This document shows, one piece after another, positions 21,065 through 34,450 of a DNA stretch of 64,000 nt. Under the pieces are notes generated by a model. That model was not told the origin of the DNA. It did no database searches and saw only the letters and a list, made by a program, of their open reading frames with translations. Within the stretch, counting starts at the first letter, position 1. Every line of letters begins with the position of its first letter. The translations under genes were made by a program, and so were the position numbers. The DNA is from Yuukianura sp. NJ FZ-2021 (taxonomy: Eukaryota): NCBI GenBank assembly GCA_046563655.1, contig CM102283.1, forward strand, positions 6,820,001 through 6,884,000. The letters run 5' to 3'.

Positions 21065-24000
21065 TCCCTCCGTCAGCTTCACGTAAATTCATCATTATAA
21101 CACTTTACTATAAACATATATATTAGCAAATCATATCAAGTATGTAATTCTCACTTTTTCTTCATTTTCAGAGCGACCTGTCTCAATGGGAAGTGTTCAA
21201 AAGGTCACCGAAATGCTGGACAGTTTTGCAACCTCTTTTATGTGCCACATATAAACCGAAATACCACGACGGACTAATCGAGTTACCATCACAAGAACTG
21301 TGTAAAGTCGCTCGGAGCCATTGTCGTCTCATTGTGGAACGAGTTTGGACGAAGTGGCCTGACTTCCTAAGATGCGAAAACCAAAGTAGCTACCCGCCGA
21401 ACTGCAAGGTTAGCTAGCATTAGACTATTAAAAAAAACCCATCCATCTCCTCCTCACAAAACTTAGGATCTAGAAAACGGTCCGAGTATAAATTAGTCTT
21501 TATCTGTGTTCTAAAACATACTGATGCTTAGGTGTAATGCTTTCTAACAGAACAGCGAAATTAGGGAGATGCAAACTACTTTCAGCATTGGAGAATGCAT
21601 GGATCCAATGATTCACGTGAATGATTCGACAAGTTACTACGAGGGCTTCGAAGGCTGCGGTATTCGGTGTCAGGATCCAAAGTTTACTAACGAAGAACAT
21701 ACGAACATGAGCAAGCACATATTCTGTGGATCATTCTTCTTGTTCATTGTTTCCACGTTTATTATCGTAAGTAATTATGAAACAACCTCAAAAACGATTT
21801 TGCACGCCAATTTTTACGAGTTTGACTTGAATTTTTAGTGCACGTATTGCTTGGACTGGAAATCTTCGAGAGGGCTGCCATCTGAAATCATCTTTTATGT
21901 TATCCTCTGCTTTGCTGTAGCAAACTTGGGATGGATGTTGCAGTTCTGGCCAAATGCTAAGACTGAAATCGTGTGTCGTCGTGACGGAACAATACAACGA
22001 AGCGAGTAAGATTTCACTCAAGAACTAGCTAATTCTGCAATTTAATTTTGTTTGATTTCAAATTATGAACTGTTTGGATCATTTCAGATTGGACCAAAAC
22101 TTCTTCTGTCTCGCCGTGTTTTCTTTGGTGTACTTTGGATCTATGACAGCTATGGGTTGGCTTGCTGTATTTGCGTTTGTGTGGAATCTTACTTGCAATG
22201 CCGTTGGTGTAATCCGAGCCCGTGTTGAGAACCAGGCAGCTTACTTCCACTGTCTGATTTGGATTCTTTCAGCGTTTCTCACCATTTTAAGTATTTCACT
22301 GGGAAAAGTGAGTTATGATTCAAGAGATTGTTAAATCTTTTGCTTAAACTAGTGCTGATACTTTCCAGGTAGATGGAAACAGCATGAGCGGCGTTTGTTT
22401 CATTGGATACAAAAACCCAAGTGCCCGAATTGGTTTGGTGGTGGTTCCACTCCTGCTTTCATCGGTCGTTACCTTCTTCTACCTCAGTAAGGGATTGTAT
22501 CGCCTTCATGTTGTTCAAAAATCTGCAGACTTGATTCCGGCTTATGGAAGAAAGCATATCCGAACAGTGTTCCGGCGAGCAGTGATATTCATCAGCCTTG
22601 CAGTGACCATAATTTTATGTTTCTTGGCTACTGAAATCTATCAACTAATTATGTGGCCAGTTTGGAGTCAATCGCTTCAGGATTTTCTCATGTAAGTAAT
22701 TTCCATACCAAACCGTGCAAGGTAAGCTCAATTATTTTTCAGTGCGTTGATAAATTTTTTTTGCGTTTTGTTTAGTTGCAACATGAAACGGACAGCGGAC
22801 ATGGATGACTGCAACATGACCAATCCACCGTCGTTAGGGTTAATCGGACTTAACATTTTCTTATTCCATGCTGGTGGATTCCTTGTTTGCAGTTGGGCTT
22901 GTACTCGAGCTACTATTGACACTTGGAAGAGAAAATTCCCAAGGTATCAAATTAAACTTGCAATTAATAATCTACATTAACAGAATTTTTATGTTAGAAG
23001 TGATCTCATATTCCATGTTTAGATGCTTTGGAACGGCCAAAACCAAAGACCAACGTCAGCGCGTTCTGAAACACCGACTTGTTGCACAAGCATACGAAAA
23101 GAAGAAGAGGTTGAAGATTCCGAGAAACGGAAGCATAAGCCTGACAATTCAAAGTATACATAGAGATCCTATCGGTCTCAATCGCTTATTGGATCCCATT
23201 CAACTCTGCCAGGAATCCAATACTCCAATGAATCAGACAGATGAAGGGGAAGAAGTGAGCAGTGATTGGGTGGGAAATCTTCCGCATCTTCTTGAACGCA
23301 GAAATGCCCTGACAATCCAGGATTCATCGAATAATTCCGTATCTGAGGATGTACAACGTGTTGGTGAAGGCGGGAGACGGCCTTCACACGATTCAAATTC
23401 CGAATTGGACAATAACAAAAAGTAAGTTTGATAATCTACATCAATAGTTCCAATTTGCTACAATTAGCAATTGTCTTCCTTAAGGCGATCCAGACTCAGC
23501 AAGTTGAAGCAGAAACTGGGCAGTAGAAATGGATTTGGAAGAAAAGGACGCCGCGGCAGTATTACATCGTTTGACAGTTCTGAGTTGGGGAGCAAGCAGT
23601 ATCAAAGTTCAAACTCAGAGTTGGATAAAGCTGTTCCTAAATCGTAAGCGATTTCCAGCAAACTTCTCTTAATTGATTTGAAGATTATGTGGTTTAGCAG
23701 TATAACGCAAACGTTTGTTTTGTTGTCTCTCTTCATAGGAAGTCCGGCTTGACCAAAGCTAAGGACAAGTTAGGAAGACGCAACGGGATTGGTTGGCGAG
23801 GGAGATTTGGAAGCCTGTCGTCTCTAGAAAGCAACGGAACAGCAATTCCATTACCGACAATCTCATCCAAGAAGAAAGTTCCTATAAGGACAAAAGTTGT
23901 CAAAGAATCCTGTATCCAGACCAGTTTAGAGCTTTTGCCCTTGGGATCAACAGCTCCAAATCTATCAACTACGAGAATGATGGACAAAGGAATGCAAACC

Positions 24001-24183
24001 AGCATTCAATCACTTTGTCTAAAAGATTTTGGAACTCAAACACGGAAGTCTGCTACTAAAAAGCAGAAGAAACATCGCTCAGATGAAAATCAAACAGAAA
24101 ACAATGAGACTGAAATCCATCCTGCATGCAATCCGTCCGCTCAAGGTCTTGACCCAGTTCTTCAGCTACTTACTCCAGGATAA
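20822..24183 (+). CDS. smo: Smoothened (Hedgehog pathway class F GPCR)
   Basis: About ten exons. CRD PKCWTVLQPLLCA.Y.P, PSQELC, WPDFLRC; linker YEGFEGCGIRCQDP; AYFH..IW; VDGNSMSGVCFIGYKN; SW..TRATIDTWKR; KH.LVAQAY; HRDPIGL; basic, Ser-rich C-tail. Confidence 0.95.
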
Positions 24184-25350
24184 TTTTTTTTAAACTTTAA
24201 AAAAATGGAAAGTAACTCAAGTACTTTAGACTTTTTTGAAACTACGAATCTCTCAAGTTATTCAAGTGCCAACTCTTGCCTTGCCTGTAACTTCATGTAC
24301 AACGAAACTGACATTTCAGCTACAATTTTTTTAGTATTCAGCTGCAATACCTAGGTAAACGAAATATGTTGCAGCGATTAAGCGATTTACACTCTCAAAG
24401 CATGTTTTTTTTTTTTAAATCTGTTAGAATAAGGTTAGACATTAGGTTTTAGATTTTTCAAAAGTTACCAGAACATTGAAAATTTTTTAAACTTGTCCTG
24501 GTCTACTTAAAACTTTAGTGTAGTTAACTCTGAAATGTGCCTTTTCCGTTTTGTATTCAACTTTTTTAACTTTTTGGACACATGACATACAGTAGAATTG
24601 TCAGTACTTGCAACTAATGTCACAAAATGTTGATGTTATTAAAATAATTTAACTTTCAAATACTTCAAAAATCACTTCAAATGTTTCCACCATTTCACTT
24701 TCTTCAAAATAAGTTTATTTGAATGTTGTCGTAATTTAGTCAGCATGCGTCCGAATTGGAAAATTAGGGCCTCAAAAACATTAAACTCAAAGCGTTAGTT
24801 AAAGTAAATACATAGTAGTACTAGCGTTACGTTACGGTTTTCGGCTTATTTACACAGTACAACGGAGCAGTGCGTACAGTATAATAATGAATGCTTAAAA
24901 TGAACGGAATTAACAAATTAACTAAAGCGTCGTTAGGTAACTTGGATACACGACAGTCCCTACATTACCAAAATAGACACATCACAACGACATAGTGGGG
25001 TTAACAGTTAATCACACTTAACTTGTCAAATTCATCAAGTAATTCTATAACACACAAAATCTTGGTTTGACATCGAACAGTGTGTGACATAATCATAAAC
25101 ACATTTGTCAAACTTGTGCAATCGATTTTCTTGTTGAACCATAAAAAAATACACATCGAATGAGCCAATTCGGATATTATAAGCAAGTAGAGTCATTTTA
25201 GGATTTCTTACAAATATTAAATTTCTTGTAACTTGTCTCCCTTGCCCTTTTGCATTGTTACGCAAGCGTTATTTTGCCATTGATTGTTTCAGTTATCTAC
25301 AATCTACAGGTTTTCCTTTCCTCATGCTTTTAAAATTGTTTGAGTTTGAC

Positions 25351-28300
25351 TTATTGACCACCACAACTCGTCTCACTCTTTGAGTCTTCAATATTGGCTT
25401 TGTAGGAGAGAACGGAGCCAGCTAAACCCCGAGTTGATGCTCCTGCGTCATCCATGGAGAGGCAGACGGAAGCTGTTTCACTGCTCAGACTATGTCGCTT
25501 CGTTGAATAATTCACGTCAGCCTGGATTTCAAGTCTAAAAAAAACACATTAATTTGTTTTTTGAAATAGATGATTTCTGATTTTTGAAAATCCATTTCCT
25601 CTTACTTGTGTGAAGGAGCATGACTACTGGAACCCATACTGCCAGTTAAGCTGGCTCCAGCAAGAGCTGCAATACTCGCGGATTCACGGTCTGGACTGTT
25701 TCCACGGTGACTGTGACGACGAGCATTTCCGCCTGCATTGGAGGACACTACGGACACTTCCCCAATCGACGGAGCGCCCCGACTTGATTCAAAATCTGCA
25801 CAATTCAGAACAAAGTTTTACTAAAATGCCAACAATCATGGACATTTAAAACTTCAACTTTTTTTAGTGGACAGCATACCGTTACTCCTCGTCGAGTGTC
25901 TTGTCAGTCTTTTGTGGGTAATGACTGCGGATGGTTCATACGACTCATTGTCTTCGTCAAAATCAAATTTCACTCCAGATGAAGACGTAGTAAGTCCACA
26001 ACCACCAGAACGACACAGCGAAATAGGAACAACGCCATAAACATAAGCCAGGAGAATAGGAACACCTAGGCCAACTGCAAGTCCGGCCAAAACTGGGGAA
26101 ACAATGATAGCTGAAACACAAAAAACCAAAACTTTAATTAATTTTTTCCTAAAATTTCAAAAAACTTCGTAATTTTTTTTAACCAATTACCTGCTACAAC
26201 GCCTCCAGTCACAGCAGCATTTCGTTTTGGCCGTGAAGACATCTTCATCTTGTTATGAATCTTTCGTCCCACCCATACTGGGATCCCTGCAATATAAAAA
26301 AAAACACAAAATGAAGTTCATAAATCGCATTCATTGCGGGAAAAACTAGCAATCATAGATACCACTCGGATCCATTATCATCATAATTTGCAATTAACCG
26401 TGAAAAACAGGATCCTTGTTCTACTCAATTAGTAATCAAGCACATGAATGTTGAATGACAAGAGAAAACTAGTTACTGGGTTTGAAAATTCCCAAGAACA
26501 ATCTTGTTTCAATATTCATACAAGTGAATCCCCTCTCCTTAGTAAGAGAACGTGCTCTCAAAAGTTAATGAGTCTTGCGTAGGCGATATGCTTGAAATAG
26601 AACACAACATAGCCTGGAACGTACCAATTATCATCGCAGGAACTGCAATTCCAGCCACCAAACCGATTCCAACAGGAGCTCCTACATACAAAACAAACTC
26701 ATTTCATTTCTAGTGTTTGATCTTGATGCAAAAACCTGACGAATTACAGTTCGCACTTACCTACTAATGTACCCAATTGCCACATCAATTTCTTCTTCTG
26801 TGACCAAGGTTTTGTTCCCCAAAATGTACAGCCAGAGGGACTAAAACAAAGATTCAATTAAAACCATGACTATTACAGTATTACACGCAAGTAAATTTCT
26901 AAATTAAAACTGATTCATGACAACTTACCTAAGGTAATGTAGATCCGACACTTCCTTCATACATAACCAACAGAACTCTGCTCCACAGACAGCACATGAC
27001 ATGTGATTACATGATCCATCATTCATTTTGACCTGAAACGAATCAAATTAGAAAAATAATAAAAGTTCTATTTTTAATCCCAAAAGAATAGAACCACTGT
27101 ACTAAAAAATTTTTTAGTACTCACAATGAGAACTTGGCATTTGGGACAAGGTTTGATCTCTTCCACGGTGAGTCCTGCTTCCGACAGTTTTGTGGAACTC
27201 GACAGCGTGAAAGGCGGAAGGTAGAGTTGGTCTTGTTCATTTCGTTTCGCCCGTGCAGCGTCACAGGTGAGATTCGGATGCCAAACTTGTTTGCAGTGGT
27301 AACAGAAGGCTAAAAATTAAAAAAAAACACAGTTAAAAACAAATTAAACTTTAGTTTAAAGAAAAACGTTCAAAAAATTGTCATAACTAACCCGTGTTGC
27401 AACCTGGCTTCTCACACAGAATCCTTGGGCAACTCGCACATCCAGCAGCAATTACCGCAAACCTAAAATTTTCACACAAAAACGTCAATTAATTGACGTA
27501 GTAGGGAGTATGAAAGATAGAATCAAGATGAAAAAAAGTGGCCTGCTTTTTGGTAATTACTAAAAATCAGGTCGCTAATTTTTTTTCTCTAAATTTCTTT
27601 TCTTGATTCAACCTTTTACACTTGAAAATCAAAACTTTGGTCTAAGAACTGTGTTAAAAAGTTCATCTTGTGACATACCCACAATCTGGAGCTGGACACC
27701 ATCGTGCGTCGGGTTCCGTTGCTAGGAGTCTTCGTATTGAAAACTCTTCATACTTCCACATCAATTCTCCAGCGTCTCCCAGCAATTCTTTGATGTCTAG
27801 AATAGAAAAACAAAGAAACATGAGAATCGCCACAAATTAATATTCAACTTAAATTAAAAATCTCAAACAAGGGAAACCTCATCACACCAGCATTGCGTTA
27901 TTAAGTAGCCCAACCAAAGTTCATAACAAAGCGTTTGTATTATGATGCTGCTGTTGCGAACCGCCCTTCCTGTCAGGTCATAACATTGTGCAACCGACTC
28001 AGCAAGTAAGACGGAAATACGAGTCAGAATTAATTAGCACACGACAAAGTGCGAATGATTGTCTCTTACTAATTAGTTTCTTCTCTCAATCCACCTTGTA
28101 TTTAATTGAAATGCCGCAATCTAACTATACACCTACGCTGGTAAACATCATTGTGAAAGTCAGTCACAAGTTGCCAAGTTATTACGCTGTTCAAATGTCA
28201 AACTTTTGACATGAATTCAGAATTATGTATTTGAAACTTATGTTTACAAGTTGAGCATCGTCGAAAGTTTAGATTTAGAACAAAGTTAAATTCGTTTGAC

Positions 28301-29841
28301 TTGGTCGCTGCGTCCTCATTAGACAAACAGCTTTGTCGCACTTTGTTCTATTTTCGTATTGATTCCAAGTTTATTTCCATTCCTATTCCTGAGAAATCCT
28401 GATCCTGATCATGAGACTTGTTTTAGCAGACTCAATGAAATGGCTTTCGCTGGGCTGCCTTCACCATTTCCTGCCAACCGCTATTTTCAGTTTACTTGAA
28501 AGTCGAAGGTAAGACCTTAGCATTGGACATTGCAAAAACTGTCTCAAGTTAAGTACCAAGAAAAAATAGTAAAACTAGGTCAATGGTTATGTTTGAGTCT
28601 GAGACAAAGAAAATAAAAATGCAATGAGGATGGGAAGGCAGACGCTTAAATATTTAACATTCTAAATGAAACCAAATGCCCTGACGTCCTTCTAATTCAC
28701 TCGAACTGGAAATGAGTTTCTGAAAATCCTAGAAATCCAATGGCGGAACTTTCTAGTTTGTCCTTAAACTAGAAAAACAGTTACAGTGTCACTGATGACA
28801 TCAGTCGTCTCTGCCACTTCGTTTGGCAACTATAATCAACTTATTTTGATTTTTGAAAAAAAAAGTACTAACTAATGATCCAAACTTTAGTACTACACGG
28901 AACTACTTTTGAATCTTCAGAACAACAGCTGCTTTCTCAAAAAATGTTGGCAGCATTTCAGAAACTACTGCCATATCAGCAAGGTTAAGGCTCTTCTACC
29001 ATCATTACATGCTTGACAAAACCCACGCGCAAGGTCTACGTCCAGACAACTACTTTGCTGTCATAAATATAGATCGTGATGCGCGCTATCCTGAATTTGA
29101 GTCAAAACTTATAAAGTTATCACCCAAAAAATCCTGAAAGTAAAAAGTTTGACATTGTTTTTGTTTACCATTTTGAATTTGGAACTTACCATTTGGATGG
29201 AGTAATTTTGAGCAATGGTAACAAGTAACATTGATTCTGGATTCGGTAATGGAAATTCGCAAGTAGTCCTTCCAGCACTGGGCACAAGCTCGATGGTTAC
29301 AGACGGAGATTTTGAGAAGCGACGGAACAACGGCGTAGCACACTGGGCACTCGTACATTCCATCTGGAAGAGGTTGCGGGTCAACGTAAATGTCAATGAC
29401 GACAGCATCAGACATGTTGTCAGATCCAACTGAACCACCAGCTTTCGACCCGTTCTCGAATCCTGGCTCTGAGTCACTAACTGTATTTACACAAAGAAAC
29501 AAAGGTTAATTAACTTTTGAGCTCATAAACAAAACAACATGCACTTGCTAACAGAGGTCATTGCAAAAATAGTTCAACATCGCTTGTAATTCTCTCTCAA
29601 CACTAAAACTGCACAAAGGTTATAAATTTAACTTACAGTGTCGTCGTTTTGGAGTATAACTGGATGCTGCTGAAGGTGTGGTAAAATTTTCGTTGTTATT
29701 GTAAGCCCCATTCCCACCGCCGCCTGTCAAGAAGCTCGTACTTGTCAAAATATTTCTTAGGGAGAATCGACTGCGCCCAGGTTTCATTTTTGCTCCTGGA
29801 ACATTGGCACTGCTTCCCATTTCCTTTTTCTTATTAGTCAT
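25351..29841 (-). CDS. RNF19: RBR-family E3 ubiquitin ligase RNF19 (dorfin-like)
   Basis: About twelve exons. RING1 [79 protein letters not shown], and two hydrophobic segments ending [14 protein letters not shown]. Stop at 25351-25353. Confidence 0.93.
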
Positions 29842-32800
29842 CTTCTTAAACCCAAGCAAATTTGAACTTTGGATGGATCAAATTTTACTACGGTTTAAAA
29901 ACAGTCAGCACAAAAAGGAACTTGAATAATCTCGTAAAGTGATTCCGCACTATGCGACACAACAGAGCGCTGTTTCTTCGAAAAGCTTCAACTTTCAATC
30001 AGTAAATGGAGAAATTCGATACACTTCCGTTTGTTTTACGTCGTCAAGTCACGAGTCTTGAACTATTCAAATAACGGTACTGATCTGGAAAGCATAAGGA
30101 AAAAAAACTTATGTTATTCAACTCGTAATGTCAAATCGATATGAAATGTAAAACTTAAGAAATAAAAACGTAAGCTTAAATAGCAAATTTTAAATACCTC
30201 AACCTCAACTGCTCAAAAACATAACGTGAGTTGAGGTATTGAATTTCTTAGGAAGATTGTACTAGAAACAGGAAACCGTGGTTTGACATACGGACAAAGT
30301 AAATTGCACGTAACAAATACAGTACATTAGCTTATTGAATAAGCCTTATTCATGAATTCTTGCCATCAAGTAATGATGGTCTGCGTCTGATTCCAACCTG
30401 AATTGAATTAATTCACTCTGAAGAGCTTAATGCCTTTTTAAAGCAATCAACTTTGCCTAACCTAATGAATTTTTCACTTACAAAACGATCTCGCTTGGAT
30501 ATCACGAATCGTTTTAATATCATTCTGGGAAAAAACTTAAAGAAAGTGATGCACGCGTATGACGTATGTTAAGATTCTTGGATAGCTCTCAAGGAAAACG
30601 TTTAAACATTCCCATGAACATGATGTATTCTGCACCAATTAATTAGTTGACGCAAGATTTAGCACCAACATGTCTACATTTTTGAATACATTTGAACAAT
30701 TTTGGCTACATTTTGTACATTTTTCGATAAATTTTAAATTTTTGGATAAACTTTTACATTTTGAAGAGTTCAAACTAACCTGGTAGTGCAAAACACTAAT
30801 ACTTCCGTGCTACTGCCAATTGTTTTTAATCTTACGGTAAAATTGTTAATGTTGGATCAGGTTGTACTTGATTTCAGTATTTCAGTAAGTGTTTTCAGTA
30901 TGCATCACATGACTTAAAACAAGTCGCACCCCATCAGTTAGTAATTAGCACTTGTTTCTGTTCGTGGACTCGCCTGATCCGTGTGTTTAAGTGTGTCATG
31001 TCACACGGAAAATTTTGTAAAGCAAATTCCGACAACATTTGATTGAACTCTGTAAAATGCCACTAATTACAATCAGTGTTTGTTGAAAACAATCGTTTTA
31101 CATTACAAGCGTTGATGACAACAATTGCCTTGGAACTGGGATGTACTCTAATACTAATCAAATTCTACGCTTGAAAATTCTTGCAAAGCGTCAGCGTCGG
31201 AATTCTTACGCCAACACCCTCTTATTTTACGGTTTTAGCAACAAAGGGAATATTAAATTATGTACTGAATCAACTACGGCATGACATGACGTAAGTCACT
31301 GGGAACAGAAAATACGCATGTAATAAACTTTTAACTTTTAAGTTCAGCAGAACAAAGGAAATGGGATTCAATTCAATCTAACCCACTCCTACGGAGGATA
31401 CGCTACGATTTGGTCACGACGAACAACGACAAAGTGTGTAGTCGTTGTTTGAAGTTTAATTGACCGAGGACATGAGCCAATGAGTCATTCCGAATTGAAT
31501 TGAATGAAATGCTGCTGAGATCAGCAAAAAGTGATACTTACATTATGGCTGACACAAATTCGTTGTGGTTTTTGCTGAAGAATAAAATCCACTTCGTCTA
31601 ACGATTGACGAACGTGAACAGAACAGCAGGGAATAGCCAAAAATTGCAAACGTTAGCACAGTGCAGTCATCCTTCTTGTAATTTCTGGTGATTTATGAGA
31701 GATCCAATCGATTTTAGCAGTACTTCATGGTCAAAGATCAGCCACTGTAATTACAAAATAAGGAATAATAATTAGTTTTAACATTTAGTTAATTGGACTA
31801 ACCAAAAACCAAGATAGAATTTAAAACCAAAGTTGTGTTAGGCAACACACTGTATGTCGGAGGTCATTTCGACTACATTTCCAAATATGTGCGTTATCAT
31901 TCAGCGCATATGATTTCCCAAATGAAATTTATCACCAGTACTCAACTAAAAGATTGCCATTTTACACCTTGAATGAATCAAGATTACCTCAAACAATGTT
32001 TTAATTCAGCACGATGATGTGTAAATTCTGATTTTGTGAAAGTTTCACTCACTTTTACACAACTTCAATACAGCGTAACGTAAACGGTGAAAACTTGGTT
32101 AGGTGAGTTGTTTGTTAATCGTCTTGGTTTCTCTTCATGCATCAGCTGGTCCACGTCCAACTGCACTCCTGTACCACGTTAAGGTATAAGTAAGTTTGAT
32201 TAACAAATTGTGTAAATTAACTGGTTGCTTCTGTTTGTAGAAATCGTGAAAGATATGATGTTGAGGTGTTGACTAGCAATGTATAACTGATACCTCCGAA
32301 CCAGAGATGAGAGGATGCTGAGCAGAATTCTCCCCTTCTGGCATGTCCACTATGCCTTCAGCCAGTCATACCAAAAACAAAGCCAGCCTGAGATTAACTT
32401 GGTCCTAAAAGCTACAAACAAGAGACGACACTGTAGAGATTTGTTACAATTTAGTAAACTGTTTTGAGTGGTGACTAACGGAGGAGGTGAGTATACTGTA
32501 TAGTGCGAACTACTACTAAGTTGGTGGTGGTGCGAAGTGGTTAAGTGCTTATAATTTGCATAGGAGATGAGATTCAGTGGGGATACATGCTATTTGCCTA
32601 CCTTACCAATAGCAACTCCAGGGAGAGGACACAAGGACACACGGACACCTCCACCAAACAACAAATAGACAAAGTGAGTTCCTCACCGAGGTTCACTTCT
32701 CAATAAATACCGATTCCGAACTATCATGATCGCTTGTCCGTCGGTTATTACATAAACCGAACGAGAGGGAGATACACTAGACACGTTCCAAGAAAAAAAG

Positions 32801-34450
32801 ACGCTCGTCGGAGACTCGGCTTCTCCGATTTTCGGTTCGGTATAAAATCAGCTCACTCTTCACTCCAGGCCCCTAGAAGTACAGTGTGAGTCCAACTTTT
32901 CTGAGTTCCAGCTTCCGCTGCAATGGGCGCGGGTACTAAAGGGTTCTATTTATACGAATTTCAACGCGAATGACAGTAATCGTACCGTACCCGTACCGCT
33001 AACATGATCTTAAGATGACTTATTTTATGATGAATGACTTGGACCAAAACAATATATCTTCACAGGGTCAAGTTAATGTCAGCCTCAGGTCACGGATGTT
33101 GAAATGAAAGCTGCTTCTTTATGTTTTCAGGTGACGAAGGTTAAAACTTCAGGACGACGATGATGACTAAGCAAAAGAGATAAAAGGGATACGTTCATCC
33201 GTCGCGGAAACAAGACCTCATTGTTCTTCAAGTTACTATATTTATACGAATTCACAACTCCAAGTGACCATGACCAGCATGCTGCAGCTGTAAGTTGCGA
33301 AATCTTTAAAATTAACACAAACTTGCAACCGGTTTGAAATGAAATCGCTAAAATCATGTAATGTTTTTGTACAGAGTTGGTCGCTTCGCTGGATCCTGCT
33401 AAAAATGAGACCCGTGCCCGTTCCAGTCATATTTGAAGAAGGGGATCGGATTTACATATAGCAGAATAAGGAGTAACTGACTGTTGTAGCGCATGTGAGC
33501 TTGCTAACCATTGATCGGTTCCGCATGTACGAGGAAAAGCGACCAGGAAAAAGAAGGAAGAGCGGAGCAGCTTGCTGCCGAAGAAAAGAGAAAACGGGTG
33601 AAAATGTGAAAACGGGACGACACGGGACTTTGGGAGCTTTTTGGTCTTAGGTGTGTCAGTCCAGTCGCAGTCGCAGTCATGAAAAAGTGAAAGAGAAAGA
33701 AGGAAAGTCATGGCGTTTACTACTCCTTCAGCCTTACAACGACTCGTCCTCCGCCACTTGGACATGGCCACTCGAACAGTCCTATTTCATCTGTCGTCAC
33801 TCTAAACGTTGGCAAATCCAAACGGCCTGGCCATTATTTGGCCTCTTCACTACCGGCCATAGTTGTTCGTGACGAACCTGCACATCATTGGTGACACGGA
33901 AGTTTGACTCAAGAGGAAGTACAAGAGATTGGATTGGGCGGGTCACTTCGTCTCCTGGTGGCCAGGTTGACCCAAGGTGTGACGATGTCCCGGACCAGTT
34001 TCGTCCAAGAATGACCTCAGCGGACGGACTCTTGTTGGACTTCAAATGGCCTTCTGCTCAGACTCAAGTTCAAGCTAAGGGCACCGTGGCGGTGAGGTAC
34101 AGACGTAGTGGTGGTGGAGTGACACGGGAGAGGAGACTGGGCATACCCTCTTCTCGTGCTGCTAGTGCTGGCGGTGGGAGTGGTGAAAATACTGGCAGTA
34201 GTCTACGTCGGAGGAGACGTATCCTCCTGCTGGAAGCAACTGGATAACAGACTTAAACTGACATTAACTCATTCTGCTCCCCACTTCCGATAGTGTGTCT
34301 AGAAAGGTCAAGAGGTCACGTAGTAGTGATCTTCTCTACTCGTCTCGTTCTTGTCTTCATCTCACTCTCACATTCTCATTAGTTACACAACCAAACCAGT
34401 GTCTATTGTCAATTAATATCGAAGGACGCTTCAACAACGGCGCAACATAA

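Noticed and set aside
33127-34247. Several 60-119 aa ORFs between RNF19 and DGK-theta
   Set aside because: No recognisable motifs or consistent splicing; likely 5'UTR or promoter sequence of the divergent gene pair.
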